A stretch of DNA of 64,000 nucleotides from Sarea resinae. Its lineage: Eukaryota. Below, piece by piece: positions 29,797 through 42,976 of this stretch. Each line of letters starts with the position of its first letter. The stretch's first letter is position 1. The notes beneath the pieces were generated by a model. That model did no database searches and was not told where the DNA came from. It worked only from the letters and a program-made list of their open reading frames with translations. The DNA lies in NCBI GenBank assembly GCA_026026165.1, contig JAPEUD010000002.1, positions 558,001 to 622,000 on the forward strand, written 5' to 3'. The position numbers and the translations under genes were made by a program.

Positions 29797-31242
29797 CTAA
29801 GACTCGGTAGGGGCAGCAGTCTCGGCGGCTGGCTCGGCCGCGGCAGCGGGTGCATCAGCCTTGGGCTCAGCAGCGGGCTTCTCGGCTTCCTTGGCCTCGC
29901 CGGAAGCGCCTGCAGCCTCTGGCTCACCACCGTCGGACGAGGTCCAGAGAGTCAGATTGTCTCGGAGTAGCTGCATGATGAGGGTGCTATCACGGTAGGA
30001 CTCTTCTGAGAGCGAGTCGAGCTCAGCAATGGCATCGTCGAATGCTTGCTTGGCGAGGTGGCAAGCCCGATCCGGCGAGTTCAAGATCTCGTAGTAGAAG
30101 ACAGAGAAGTTGAGTGCAAGTCCGAGACGGATAGGATGCGTGGGGGTGAGCTCGGTTTGAGCAACGTCGGTTGCGTTCTAGAAGCCAAGGCTTAATCAAC
30201 GTCCTCGGTGTAGATGTTAGATGGAATTTACCTTGTAGGCCTCGTGCGCCGCAGTAGCAGCAACCTTGCGCTTCTCACCAGATGCGAATTCGGCGAGGTA
30301 GCGGTGGTAGTCGCCCTTCCTGAAATACGAGAAAACCCATCAATACCCATCTGAAGGCAGCGACACGAAGACCGCAAAGACGATGCCACTACAGTATCAG
30401 ACAGCTGAGAGCAACTTACATCTTGTGGTAGAAGACCTTGGACTCGCCCGACTCGGCCTTGGGGATCAAGGACTCATCCAGAACGTCGAGCACGTCTTGG
30501 CAGACCTTCTCGAGCTCGGTCTCGATCTTCTGGCGGTAATCGCGGATGGTCGAGACATGCTTGTCGGAGCCCTTGGACTCCTCCTTCTGCTCGATGGAAG
30601 AGATTATACGCCAGGAAGCACGTCGAGTTCCAACAACGTTTTTGTAGGCGACCGAAAGGAGATTGCGCTCGTCCACCGTGAGCTCACCGCCCAGCTGAAA
30701 ACTGAGTTAGTAAAAAGCACGAGACCGATCGGCTTCACGACCCGTAGAAACAACACGGTGATTGTGGTCGTACCTTGGCAACTTCCTGTCACGGGCGTCA
30801 GCAAAGGATGAATATCAAGGGGGGGCGAGTGGAGGATGGTAGTCTGCCCAATCATTGACTGACCTTCATGTAGGTAACCATCTCTGCGAAAAAATCATCA
30901 GTAAACGAAGATTCAAGCAGTGAATGATGCAGACTTACCATCATAGCGTTCGGCCTGCTCGCACAGCCTCGCGAGGAAGGTTTTGCTGTGGCAGAGTCAA
31001 CAAAGATCATGCGTGAGTCTTGTCAAAGATCATCCTCGACGACGATCGTAGTGGATCGAGCACGAGAGCATACCTTTCACGCTGCAAGAAGTTATCAACG
31101 TTAGCACTGCATGAGATTATCACGACCTTGGAGGGGGGGCGATGGCCAAGCGAGCAGCAGTGAGAGGAGGGCAGATGAAGCCGGTCAGGTGCTCATGCGG
31201 CGCACGCTGACCAGAGACGCGCAGACTTACTTCAGTAGTCAT
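29797..31242 (-). CDS. 14-3-3 protein (Bmh/Rad24 family, [22 protein letters not shown] paralog type), 8 exons
   Basis: Spliced protein [94 protein letters not shown]. Confidence 0.97.
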
Positions 31243-33366
31243 GATGAACGAAGACGAACGGACGAGGATAGAGGATGGTGTTGCAGAGAGAGGTGGCTGA
31301 TATGAGGTCGATGAGGGGATGGATGGATGGTCGACAAAAGGCAATCGATCCGGGGAGTGGTAGTGAGTAAGTAGGTAGGTCGGTCGGGTGCGTAGAGCAG
31401 TAGTAGTAGTAGTGGTGGTGGTAGATGTGGTAGTGGTCAGGTAGGTAGATGTAGTGATTATGGTGGTGAAGAGGAGGGTTTGGGGTTGGTTTGATTTGGG
31501 CTTCGGGGGTGGTGGTGGTGCGTGTTTGAACGAGGGAACAATCGTCGCTGGCTGGCTAAGGGAAACGACTAGCGATTAACGAGGAACGAGTGACGAGTGA
31601 CGAGTAACGAGGAGCGACTGCTAGTCACTGGCGTACCGTAGAGGACGTGAACGATGGATTGGAGTGGAGGTACTCTACTGTGTAATTGAGGAAGGCAGAC
31701 GGCGCAACACACCAATTCTCTTACGAGCCTTCTCTCCTTCTTCTACGACGATGATGGAACAGGAATAATCAATGGAGGAGGGAATGAATGCATGGACTGG
31801 CTCGTGCCGCTCGAAGAGACCCGCTCAGCCCAATCGTCGACGCTGGAGTAGTCATGATCGCCATGGCATGGCACAACAGGGCGCTCGCTACAGCGACAGC
31901 GACGGCAACAGCTACAGCGGCGTCCTCCCTCTCAACACTACTCGTGTCATGTCACTGCCACGTTTCATGCCCAAACGGGTCGCCCTCGATAGGTACCTGA
32001 GGGTAGCCTTCGAGGAATCACAGCCCGAGGGGATGCATCTGTCCTCTTCTTGGATGAGATGCATCTTACTCATGTTCACCAATACCGAGGGACAGCGCTC
32101 CTACATGGTACGAATGATCGAATCTGAAGGTCGTAAGCCTGATGACGGATTCGGTATCCTTCTCATTCGAGGGTAAAGGGAGGCGGTGCACTGTCAGGCT
32201 GCAGGTGGATCGTTTTGAGGCTCGATCGATCAGGCTCTCTCTACCCGGTAAACTTGGCAGCAAGATGTTTAGAGCGTACTCTCCCATGCGTTCTGAGGCT
32301 TCCCCGCTGCAGGTGGGTCGTGAATTTAGTCTTCTACTGAAGTACGTCTGTCGTTCGGTAAGCCGATGGGGGTAGCGGCGGTGGTGGTGGTGGTGGGCTA
32401 AAAGGGGGCAGATAAGGATAGAATCGTGAGGATACCTCGACTTCGTACTCAGAATGCCATGGAGGGACGAAGAATGGCTCTACGAATCGGTACAAAGTAC
32501 TTCATACTCAGGGCTACTAGAGTAGAGGGGCCATGAATGGAACATCCATGGATCCTTTACCCCTGTCTCAACGGTGAGGAAGCATGTAGACGCCCCAGGG
32601 GTAGATAAGACAGATCTGATTGATGTCCATCAAGAAGCGTCGATGATTCAAGGAGAAGGCTGGGGGAGAGAGCGCTTGCTACGGGGTAAAGGACTGTACT
32701 CGTGCCTTTGAACGTGGGGCAGAAGTCTCTTTCACTTTCCGTGTGGGCGAGAATCCATGACATTATTACCTATTCGAGGTGTCAAGGTTTCTGTGCATCT
32801 TCCTTCGTTTTCTGTCGTTAAGGTTTTGCGCTTACTACGGTGTACGGAATGTGGCACTTTTACCCTCCCATCTGTCACGGGGATCGGGGACCGTTGATCG
32901 ATACAGCCAGACCTACATACTATGTAGTACGGGTAGGTACCGGGCTACCTTCCCTACGGCCTACGGTGTCTCCAGCTGCGAACCCTTAACACTACCGCAC
33001 CTTAGCACCCAAACTACGGTACTCTTGGCGGAACGCTTGGTGCAGGCAAGAAAGTGAGAAGGCCGAGAGATCGAGGCCGTTCAGGACACGTTGTGATAGT
33101 TGAAAAAGTGGCAATCTTGGGACCACATGCTGCTTGCCAATCCTCACACGGCTTGCTAGCTCTGCTCCTTCGATTCTTTCCTCTTCACTCTCACCAGAGT
33201 CAATCGTTACTGCGCTGCCCATCTCATCGTTCCTTGCATCTCATGCTGGCAAGCGGCATCGTCAATCCTCCGATCCAAGGTACCCTGGCTTCATCTCCCC
33301 CACGGTTTATGAAGGCCTCCGATCCTTGCTGTTGAAAGATCCAGAACAGAACATCTCACTCCCGAG

Positions 33367-36300
33367 ATGGACGACGCATACCTTCGCTCCGGCAAGGACG
33401 TCTTGCAGTATTTCCACGTCTCCGAGCAAGATGGCTTGTCGGATGTCCAGGTGCACGGCGCAAAGCAAAAGTACGGGCGAAATGGTAATGAAATTCCCGT
33501 GTCCTCTGGATGATTATTGCGACTGCTGACTCTCTCTATAGCGTTACCGGAAGATCCTCCGACTCCTCTCTGGGAACTTGTATTAGAACAGTTCAAGGAT
33601 CAACTAGTCATAATCCTACTTGCTTCTGCAGCAATTTCCTTTTTACTCGCCTTCTTTGAGGATGGAGATGGCTGGACCGCTTTCGTCGACCCTCTCGTGG
33701 TAAGTGAATGTCGCTGGAAATGTCTAAAATCAGGCGCACGAATCTAACACTATCAGATCCTGACGATTCTTATCTTGAATGCAGTCGTTGGGGTGTCGCA
33801 AGAAAGTAGTGCAGAAAAGGCGATTGCGGCGTTACAGGAATATTCCGCAAATGAGGCGAAGGTCATCCGAAACGGAGCCCTCAAGCGTGTCAAAGCCGAA
33901 GAGCTGGTCCCTGGAGATGTCATTACGGTTGCGATTGGAGATAGGATTCCGGCAGACTGTAGGCTGCTGTCGATACAGAGCAACAGTTTCGGTGTTGACC
34001 AGGCCATCCTGACCGGGGAGAGTGAAAGTGTAGGCAAGGATACAAATGTTGTCAACGATGCGCAAGCTGTCAAGCAAGAGCAAATCAATATGTTGTTTTC
34101 GGGTACAACCGTGGTAACTGGGCATGCCACCGCTATCGTGGTGCTGACCGGAACTTCTACTGCCATTGGGGATATACACGAGAGCATCACTGCCCAAATC
34201 TCCGAGCCTACCCCACTGAAGGCAAAGTTGAATGACTTTGGGGACATGCTCGCCAAAGTCATTATGGTCATCTGCATTCTTGTGTGGCTCCTTAATATCC
34301 AGCACTTTAATGATCCCTCCCATGGAGGCTGGGTTAAAGGAGCTATTTACTATCTCAAGGTGAGTCCTGCCTTTGAAGTAAAGTTGAATTCTGGTCTCTG
34401 ACCCGTTTCTAGATTGCTGTTTCTCTTGGCGTAGCCGCTATCCCCGAGGGTCTTGCGGTTGTGATCACAACCTGCCTCGCGCTTGGCACTCGTAAAATGG
34501 CCGCCAAAAACGCCGTTGTACGAAGCTTGCCTTCGGTAGAGACTTTGGGCAGTTGCAGCGTCATTTGTTCCGATAAGACAGGCACTCTCACAACAAACCA
34601 AATGAGTGTTAACAAGCTTGTCTATATCAACGATGCCGGAACCGATCTCGAGGAGATTGACGTAGAGGGGACCACGTTCGCCCCCGAAGGTGGATTCTCA
34701 ATGAACGGCAAACCCTTGGAAAACTTAGCAGCAGCGTCAGCGACGGTGCACCAAATGGCCGAAGTCGCGGCTTTGTGCAATCAGGCTCAGCTATCGTTCG
34801 ATGCCAAAACTGGACTATTTAACAACGTGGGTGAACCTACGGAAGGAGCTCTTCGCGCCCTTGTCGAGAAACTTGGAACCCGCGACCCTATCTATAACGA
34901 GAAGAGGGCTCAACTTCCGGCCCAAGATAGAATTCACCACGCGAGCAAGTATTACGAATCCAATAGTCCATTGATCGCCACGTATGAGTTCTCTCGGGAT
35001 CGAAAGAGCATGTCGGTGCTTGTTGATGGCGCTCAGCAACGTCTCCTTGTCAAGGGGGCTCCTGAAACCATCATTGAACGTTGTTCTCACGCCTTGATTG
35101 GATCGGACGGAAACAAAATCCCTATGAACTCGGAGCTATCAGATCTTCTCTCAAAAGAGGTCATAGAATATGGAAGTCGTGGTCTTCGTGTCATAGCTCT
35201 GGCGAGGATCGATGATGTCGCTTCTAATCCTCTGCTGTCAAAAGCCAAGTCGACCAAGGAGTATGCCGAAATTGAACAAAACATGACCTTGATTGGACTT
35301 GTGGGGATGCTTGATCCACCTCGACCCGAGGTGGCAGACTCTATCCGCAAATGCAGGGAAGCCGGTATTCGAGTTGTCGTCATCACTGGTGACAATCCAA
35401 ACACAGCTCAAGCCATCTGTCGCCAGATCGGGATCTTCGGCCAACATGAAGACCTTCAGGGAAAGAGTTATACTGGCAGACAATTCGACCAGCTCAGCGA
35501 AGGCGAGAAACTTGAGGCTGCCAAGCACGCTTCGTTGTTCTCTCGGACCGAGCCTTCTCACAAGATGAAACTGGTTGAACTTCTTCAATCAGCCGGTGAA
35601 GTTGTGGCAATGACTGGTGATGGAGTCAACGATGCTCCTGCTCTAAAGAGGTCTGACATTGGCGTTGCCATGGGGTCCGGAACCGACGTTTCAAAACTCG
35701 CCGCCGACATGGTGCTTGCAGATGATAATTTTGCCACCATTGAAATCGCCGTTGAAGAGGGTAGATCCATCTACAACAACACCCAGCAGTTTATTCGTTA
35801 TCTTATCTCTTCCAACATCGGTGAAGTGGTCTCGATTTTCTTGACTGCTGCCGCTGGGATGCCTGAAGCTCTGATCCCCGTCCAGCTCTTGTGGGTAAAT
35901 CTTGTCACGGATGGATTGCCGGCTACGGCGCTCTCGTTCAATCCACCTGATCATGATGTTATGAGGAGGCAACCTAGACGCCGTGACGAAGCTCTCGTTG
36001 GCGGATGGCTATTCTTCCGATACATGGTCATCGGCACATATGTCGGCGCCGCAACTGTCTTCGGGTACGCCTGGTGGTTCCTCTACAACTCAGAAGGGCC
36101 TCAAATCACGTTCTGGCAACTGGTATGTTTTATCTAGTGCTACTCTATGAACTCCCGAATCTTCAAGTCTTAAGTTCACTGACCGTCTTCTGTAGTCCCA
36201 CTTCCACCAGTGCTCCTCGCAGTATCCCGAAATCGGCTGCCAGATGTTTACGAACGACATGGCCAAGTCTGCCTCTACAGTATCCCTCTCAATGTAGGCG

Positions 36301-36749
36301 CTCCGGTCCAAATGACTGCCTGATACCTTACTTACGTTTTTTCTAGCCTTGTGGTTATTGAGATGCTCAATGCCATGAACGCTCTCTCATCAAGCGAATC
36401 ACTCGTCACCCTCCCTCTCTGGAAGAACATGATGCTCGTCTACGCCATTGCGCTCTCCATGGCCCTGCACGTCGCCCTGCTTTATACGCCCTTCCTACAA
36501 TCTCTATTCTCTATCCTCCCGCTCAACTGGAACGAGTGGAAGGCTGTTCTGCTCATCAGCTTACCTGTCATGTAAGCCGCACCCCTTCCTCCCCACTCTT
36601 CACAGCCGGCTTGCTCCAAACCGGGTTTTCTGACAAGGGACATATGATATACTAACCTCTGGCCCAGACTTATTGACGAGGTTCTCAAATTCTTGGAGAG
36701 GGCAATATATCTAGCGAAGCCTGTAGAGATCCGGCCCAAGAAGGATTGA
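33367..36749 (+). CDS. SERCA-type P2A Ca2+-transporting ATPase (NCA-1-like), 7 exons
   Basis: LTGES, IPEGL, phosphorylation motif [53 protein letters not shown] at 36747-36749. Confidence 0.97.
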
Positions 36750-37162
36750 ACCAGATCAGGACGCTCGAAGGGGAAGCATCTTCGTTGCAGTGGGTTTGTG
36801 TTTCTTGCGGGCGAAAGAGGGCGAAAGCGGTTGACTTCCTCGATCTTAATGCGCGAGACGGTATAGACTTTTACCATGTACTACCTAAAGAGCATGCATG
36901 GGGAATGGGGACGGGGGTGCCGGTATCAATGTTGTACAGTATGACTGTCTCAAGTAGGTCTTCAGATAGCATGTAGTAGATCCAGACGTAGAATAGTAAA
37001 TTAGAGCCCTAACAAAACAGTAATCGCCAGAACGGACGTTCTAATGTGACAAAATGCTCTCTTATCCCCTTGTGGCCCTGCAATGAAATAGAGAACAGTG
37101 CTATCATGTTCTTCGCTTTCGTTGCCGCAACACCGCCAGCCAGCCCGCAACTGCGATCCCAC

Positions 37163-37992
37163 CTAGTCCTGTCTACCCTTCAATAACCGCTTCGTGACCT
37201 TGTCCTTCTCGATGATATAAACGTGGGCACCCCAGCCGGAGAGAGCGTCCCGATCGACGGCATTGAGGAGAGCTTGGGAGATGGTTTCGAAAAGGTCTTC
37301 TGGTTCCTAGGCAGTCAAGAGATGTCAGCACTATACACCTTGATCTTCAGAACATCTCCATCATCGGCATCTCGACTTACCAGATCTGGTTCCCACAGTC
37401 CCTCGCACGTTCCGAACAGCTGATCGCTGGCCGTGCCGCTGACAATGAAATCCTTGGCGAAATCAATGCACCCGATACTATCGAAGCCGCAGATGAATGG
37501 CTTCCCCGTCGTCTGGTTGATGCCGGCGATGACGGGGCTCACGAAAAAGGGGCCGAACCTCCGCTCATACAGCGAGGAGCTCACGAGGTTGGCCATGGTC
37601 TGGGGCGCGATGGCGCGTTCTTCGCGCAGGCGGTACAGGTTCACCTTGTAGCGGAAGAGGTCCGAGACCGTGGCCACGTCGGTGGCGAGGCCCGTCAGGC
37701 CCAGGTAGACGGACCCGTACGAGAAGATCTTCGGGAAGTTGTTCGACACCGTCAGGGATTGCATGCCCAGGCGCAGATCACAGGCGATGGCGACGCAGTC
37801 CTTGCCGACCATTGCGACGCAGGCGCCGCCGTCTGGGGTCGGCGTGTCAGTTGTTTGTTCGACTTGGGGGTTGGATCTGGGTAGAGAGGGAGAGGGAGGG
37901 GGAAGGGTTCCGTACTTATGGAGAAGGGTGAGGCCTGGGAGGAATTGTAGTTAGCTTCTACTGGGAGCTTCACGGGTCAGAGAGCTTACCAT
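37163..37992 (-). CDS. PUP3: 20S proteasome subunit beta-3, 4 exons
   Basis: [66 protein letters not shown] stop. Confidence 0.96.
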
Positions 37993-38527
37993 TTTGGCGT
38001 GAAGGAGAAGTGGTGGTGGTGGTGATGATGGTGCCCCTGCGAGACCCGACTCCGCCTGAAGGTGCAATGATCCTCTCTAGAGATGGGGCTTTTGGCAGAG
38101 AGGCGTTCTGGTGTTGATGAGTTGATGTCGAGGGTGATGAGCGGGCGTGGAGCAGGAGCAGGAGCAGTTACAGCTCTCTTGTGGTGGTGAAGTTGTACAG
38201 CGTAGGTACGGTACGGTACGGTACGGTAAGGCAGGCCAGGTATGCGTACTCCAGCTGTGTATTCGTCCTGCGTAGTGCTTGTGCCTGCCTGGAGCTACGA
38301 CTACTCCGTAAAGGCACTCTCTCAGCATCTTCCGAATGACGATGTCACTTGTTGCTCCATCGTGGACTGGCCGATGATCGATTCGAAGCCGATGGAACGC
38401 GTGCGCTGGATGATTGACGGATCGTGCGAGAGAGCTCCCCGATCCAAATAGCAGAACCTCCCTCTCCATCGCATCTCCATCATGTCGAGCAGTCAGCCTC
38501 GGGTGTGAATGTCACGGCAGCCATCAC

Positions 38528-38563
<36 letters not shown>
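38528..38563 (+). repeat. (CAT)12 microsatellite between PUP3 and the UBX gene
   Basis: Read directly from the sequence. Confidence 0.95.
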
Positions 38564-38565
<2 letters not shown>

Positions 38566-38684
38566 AGCCTTGCTGACTGCCGTGTTCCTCGCTCTTCTTC
38601 TCGTCGCTGCAACCCCGCCAGACGCAACACAACATTGCGCAGCACACCTCACCAGTCCGTTCGAAAGAAGCACCGCCCTTCATC

Positions 38685-40485
38685 ATGTCATCTCATGTGG
38701 TGGTGATAGACTCTTCAGCTCGTCGAACCGTGGTCAAGACCTCGCCCGGCAAGTTTCTCAGCGACGTGCTACAAGAAGCATGCGCGAGACTCGGACTGGA
38801 CTCGAGTCAATACGGGCTGAAGTAAGTCTCCACCTTCCGGCATGACGATTGCTGTCTCCTCGTTCTATATCTATGCGATGACCTACCATGCAGATCTACG
38901 CAGAGTACTGACGAACGGCAACAGAAACAACAACAAGCCCATCGACCTCTCCCGCACATTCCGCCTTTCCGGTCTCTCGTCCGGCGCCAAGCTCGAGCTC
39001 ATCCTCGCATCTCGCTCTCCCTCGGTCGTATCGGTGGCGCTGCAGCTGCCCGAGGAGGAAGCCAAAGGCATCCCGAATGGCCGACTGGCTGATAAATTCC
39101 CCAGCACAACCACGCTCTGGCTCGTGCTGAGGAAGTTCGAAGTCGGCGTTGCCGGCGGCCTGGGCTCGTCTAGAAATTTTACCGCGAGGGGGACGCCACG
39201 GACGGATAGTGGAAATCTAGGGGCCGGGAGACTTTACTATGAAAGGCCTGTCATGCAAGCCATGGGCCGCGAATTGTCGTCTTTTACGGACCTGCAGAAA
39301 ACGTTGGGCCAGCTGGGCTTCAACAATGGAAGCGTGCTGTTTCGATTAAGATTTCAAGCTTCGGACACGCCGCTGGATGAGGCCATGGTGGAGATAGAAC
39401 AGTACTTCAAGAGCATCGAAGGGGGCGAGAGCACCAATGTCGCAGACGCCCGTGGTGCTCACGCTGGAACTGCCGGCAACGCCCAATCTGCTCCAGAAAC
39501 AGAGCAGAATCCAGGAGGCAACGACACGGACCCTACTTCGGCGGCTTCATCGGCAGCTCCACCGGCCACAGCAACACCTCCCACTCGAAACACAATAGAA
39601 GAGAACAACACTCCCTCAGGCCTACAAGACAACAACAACAATAGCAATAACACACCCGCAGAACCCACCTCCACTCCGCCTCTCCCCGCACCAACATCAA
39701 TAGACACGGCCACCTCCTCCCCTCGCACCATCTCCGTTTTTCTGCCCCCGACCAACCCCACCCCTCACGCCGCCGCCCAGACCTACAACCCACGCGACTA
39801 CGAACCGACCATCGACCACGCCAAGCTCCACCAGCAACGCCTAGCCAGCACGGCGCGCAACCGACGGCTGCCCTCGGAAGCCGAACTGGCCGCGGCCCAG
39901 AAAGAGCGATCGGACAAGCTCGCCGGCGTGTCGACAGTCGAGATCAAAGTCCGCTTCCCGGACCAGAGCCAGGTCGTGGCTTCGTTTGACGCCCGCGAGA
40001 CGGCGAGGGGCTTGTACGCATTTGTCCGCCACATGCTCCGGGACGACGACGGCGACGCCGATGCCGCGCCCCGCTTCTCTCTCACGTACTCGTCTCCCAC
40101 GGGCTCCAAGACCATCCCGCGCCAGGATGACATCCACGTCGACAACGACCACAAGACTGCGGCCGCCGCCGACGTGCGCCTGATCCGCGATCTCGGCCTC
40201 GCGGGCCGCGTGCTGGTGACCTTTGTCTGGGACGACGACGAGACGGCCTCCTCCTCGTCCTCGTCGCGCGCCCCCGTCCTGAAAGACGAGTTCCGGGCCC
40301 AGGCGCGCGCGATCACGGTCCCGGACGTGGGGGGCGCGCTCGACGTCGAGGATGCCGGTGTGGGCGGCAGCGACGGAAAGGGCAAGGATAAGGACAAGGA
40401 CAAGGACAAGGATCGGGCGAGGGATCATACGGGCCGTGGGGAGAGAAAAGTGCCCAAGTGGTTGAAGCTGCCGGGGAAGAAGTAG
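38685..40485 (+). CDS. TUG/ASPSCR1-like UBX-domain Cdc48 adaptor (Ubx4-like), 2 exons
   Basis: TUG-UBL1 N-terminus MSSHVVVIDSSARRTVVKTSPGKFLSDVLQEAC..DLSRTFRLSGLSSGAKLEL; UBX VEIKVRFPDQ; C-terminal VPKWLKLPGKK. Confidence 0.9.
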
Positions 40486-41133
40486 GCATGTAAGAAGTAT
40501 GGTAAGAAGTATGCATGTTAGGAGATAGCCTACCCCACGGGGGTGAGCTTAAGACGAGAGGGAGGGGGGGCCCCTCGTGTGGAACTTGTTCCTTCTTCGT
40601 TCTCAATGGCTTCGGTTCAGCTTGGCATCATCGCGCTGAGGATTGGGAATATGATTCATGGCTTGACTGATGGATGGATTGATGAATTGGTAGATAGCTA
40701 GATGGATAGCTAGATCTAAGAGCATTGTAGCGAAACAGCGAACCTTGCCATGTCCACCCGACTTCCAGTCCAGACAAGGTAGGCAGGAACGTACGTAGTA
40801 GCCAGACACGAGATTGCTCGTTTGGCAATGCAGCACAGAAACCATCAGTCGCGTATCAACTCATCGCCGACGACGATGACAATGACAACAACAACAATAA
40901 CGATGCCGAGAATGGATTTTGAATTTTGGAGTCTTGAATCTTGGATAGAATTCGTTATCTGGCTTCAGCCCTTTCACACCAGCCCTGTCCGCCAGCTAGC
41001 CAGTTCAGCTATCCGCCATGATCTCCCCTCCCTCGCATCATCATCGTCATCATCGCCACCATTTCACGACCGCCAGCCAAGCCACAAAGGGAAGGAACAC
41101 AAAAAGCAAAACAGGATTGATTTTGAATTCTCT

Positions 41134-42253
41134 CTAGTGACCGGCCCGTCTCGCCTCGGCGATAACACCCTGCATCTCCTCGACCTTTCTCTTCGCGCGG
41201 CCGAAAGTTCCGAGCTGTGGCGGCCCATGTCAGTATCAAGTGCATCGTGATGAAGGGAAGAGTAAAGGAGACGACGTACCCGCTTCTTGGCCAGCTTGCG
41301 GGCACGCTTGTCCTTGCTGTTACGGAGGAGTTCGATGACGCGGCGCTCGTAGGGTGCGAGTCTGGTGAGAAGGAAAGAATGTTAGCTGGGGACATTTGAT
41401 GCTGTATGGAAAAGTGCTTTTGATGCCGACGATCAGGTTGTGAGGGCCGGAGACAGGTGGACCGGCACAGTTGTACACATAGCCAAGCTAGAGACATCTT
41501 TAAACCTGGGGGCTGGTAGGAAGTGGCCGAGTGAAACGATTGAGAGAACTCCATAGTCCTATTCCAGGAACTGATTCTGTCGCCCGAAGACTTCTTGTGT
41601 CTGTCTGTCTGCCATGCCGGTCTGTTCGCCCGCCTCCCATCCGATCGATTGCCAAAAAGCACGTTCAAGCAGCAAAGTCAAAACTCACCCAGAGACCTCC
41701 TTGACAATCTCCCTAACGAAAGCAGTACGCTTGCTCAGGTGACCCTTGGTGCGCGAGATGCGGGGCTTGGTTTCGCGGAGAGAGGTTTTCTGTAATGATC
41801 AAAAAGGTCAGGTTAGCTGCTGGCCATTTTGCTTGTTCATGCACGCAAGAAGCCGTTATAAGCAACCGATTCCATCTCTTTTAATCATAGGGTTGTCTGG
41901 TGGAGATCGGGTCTTCGACTGAGCCGCTCGTTGTCTCTGACATATCGGCATTGTTGCCGTTGCCGCTGCTGCTGCTGCTGCCATCGACGATGATATGCTG
42001 CTAGACGATATTGAGGGATTCGATTCTGTTGTAGCTGTCACGCTGACAGATGGGCCAACGACGATGCTAGCGGTAAGATACCAGTCCTCTCCGCTCCTCT
42101 CCTCTGCTCGACCCAAAGCCACGGACCGCGATCTCCATCGATTCCCAGATGATAGCCCAGCCGGCGGAAAGAAAAAGCACAATAGAAAGGAACAGAGTCA
42201 CATACATGGCCGCTCTTCAGCCCGACAGCGATGCCGGATCGTTCCACTGCCAT
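41134..42253 (-). CDS. RPL36: 60S ribosomal protein L36 (eL36), exons 42206-42253, 41689-41789, 41280-41361, 41134-41214
   Basis: [92 protein letters not shown]; 103 aa. Confidence 0.96.
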
Positions 42254-42976
42254 TGCTGCGGATGGCTGTTTGTCGATGTCGTTGGTGGGTTGTCGGATTC
42301 TTCTCTCGTGTCTGCGATCGAAGTTCTTCCCTTAGAATGACTTGGGGCTCGCTTCGTCTGCTGTGCGGGCTAGGGCGCTCGCTTGGGCGTTGGTGCACAA
42401 TGTGAAGCGAGCAACACTTCGTGCGTGGGTGGATGAGGTAAGCAGAACATCCTCGCTAGGGTTGTACCCTAACGTCAACCCTCCTCCCCGTTATAGATCG
42501 GATGGAGGTCAATTAGGCACAGCCCATCCCCGTCTCAAGCTTCGGATTTGTATGTGCTTCTTATGATTTATAGTACTCTCCTGCAATATCCGGATAAGAA
42601 TGTATTCACCCATTTCCGCTATCGATCTATCCAAGTAATGAAATAGCAGATCCATGTTATCGAAAGCCACATGTTTACCCAACACCCATACCACCTTGTA
42701 TCGATAGTGAATAAGCATCTGCCACCCATCTTAGCATCGAATAAAATCTCCTGTTTTACCAGCCATAGCCATGCTCCAGCGGAATGCCAAATCCCGTTAT
42801 GATCCCCTTGCGCCAAAAAAAATGCCCGTATACCCGTATCCCATTGCGAGTTTTTTTGGTATCGAGGAATCTCAAAAAAGATGAAACTCCACAAAACATT
42901 TGCGCTCTGACTCCGTCTGACTCCGTAAACCCAGTGTCAACCTTATGTTCGTCCAGAAAACTATTTCGCCTGGTGT

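Noticed and set aside
31772..33335. Short ORFs between 14-3-3 and SERCA
   Set aside because: No recognisable motifs; consistent with a divergent promoter region.
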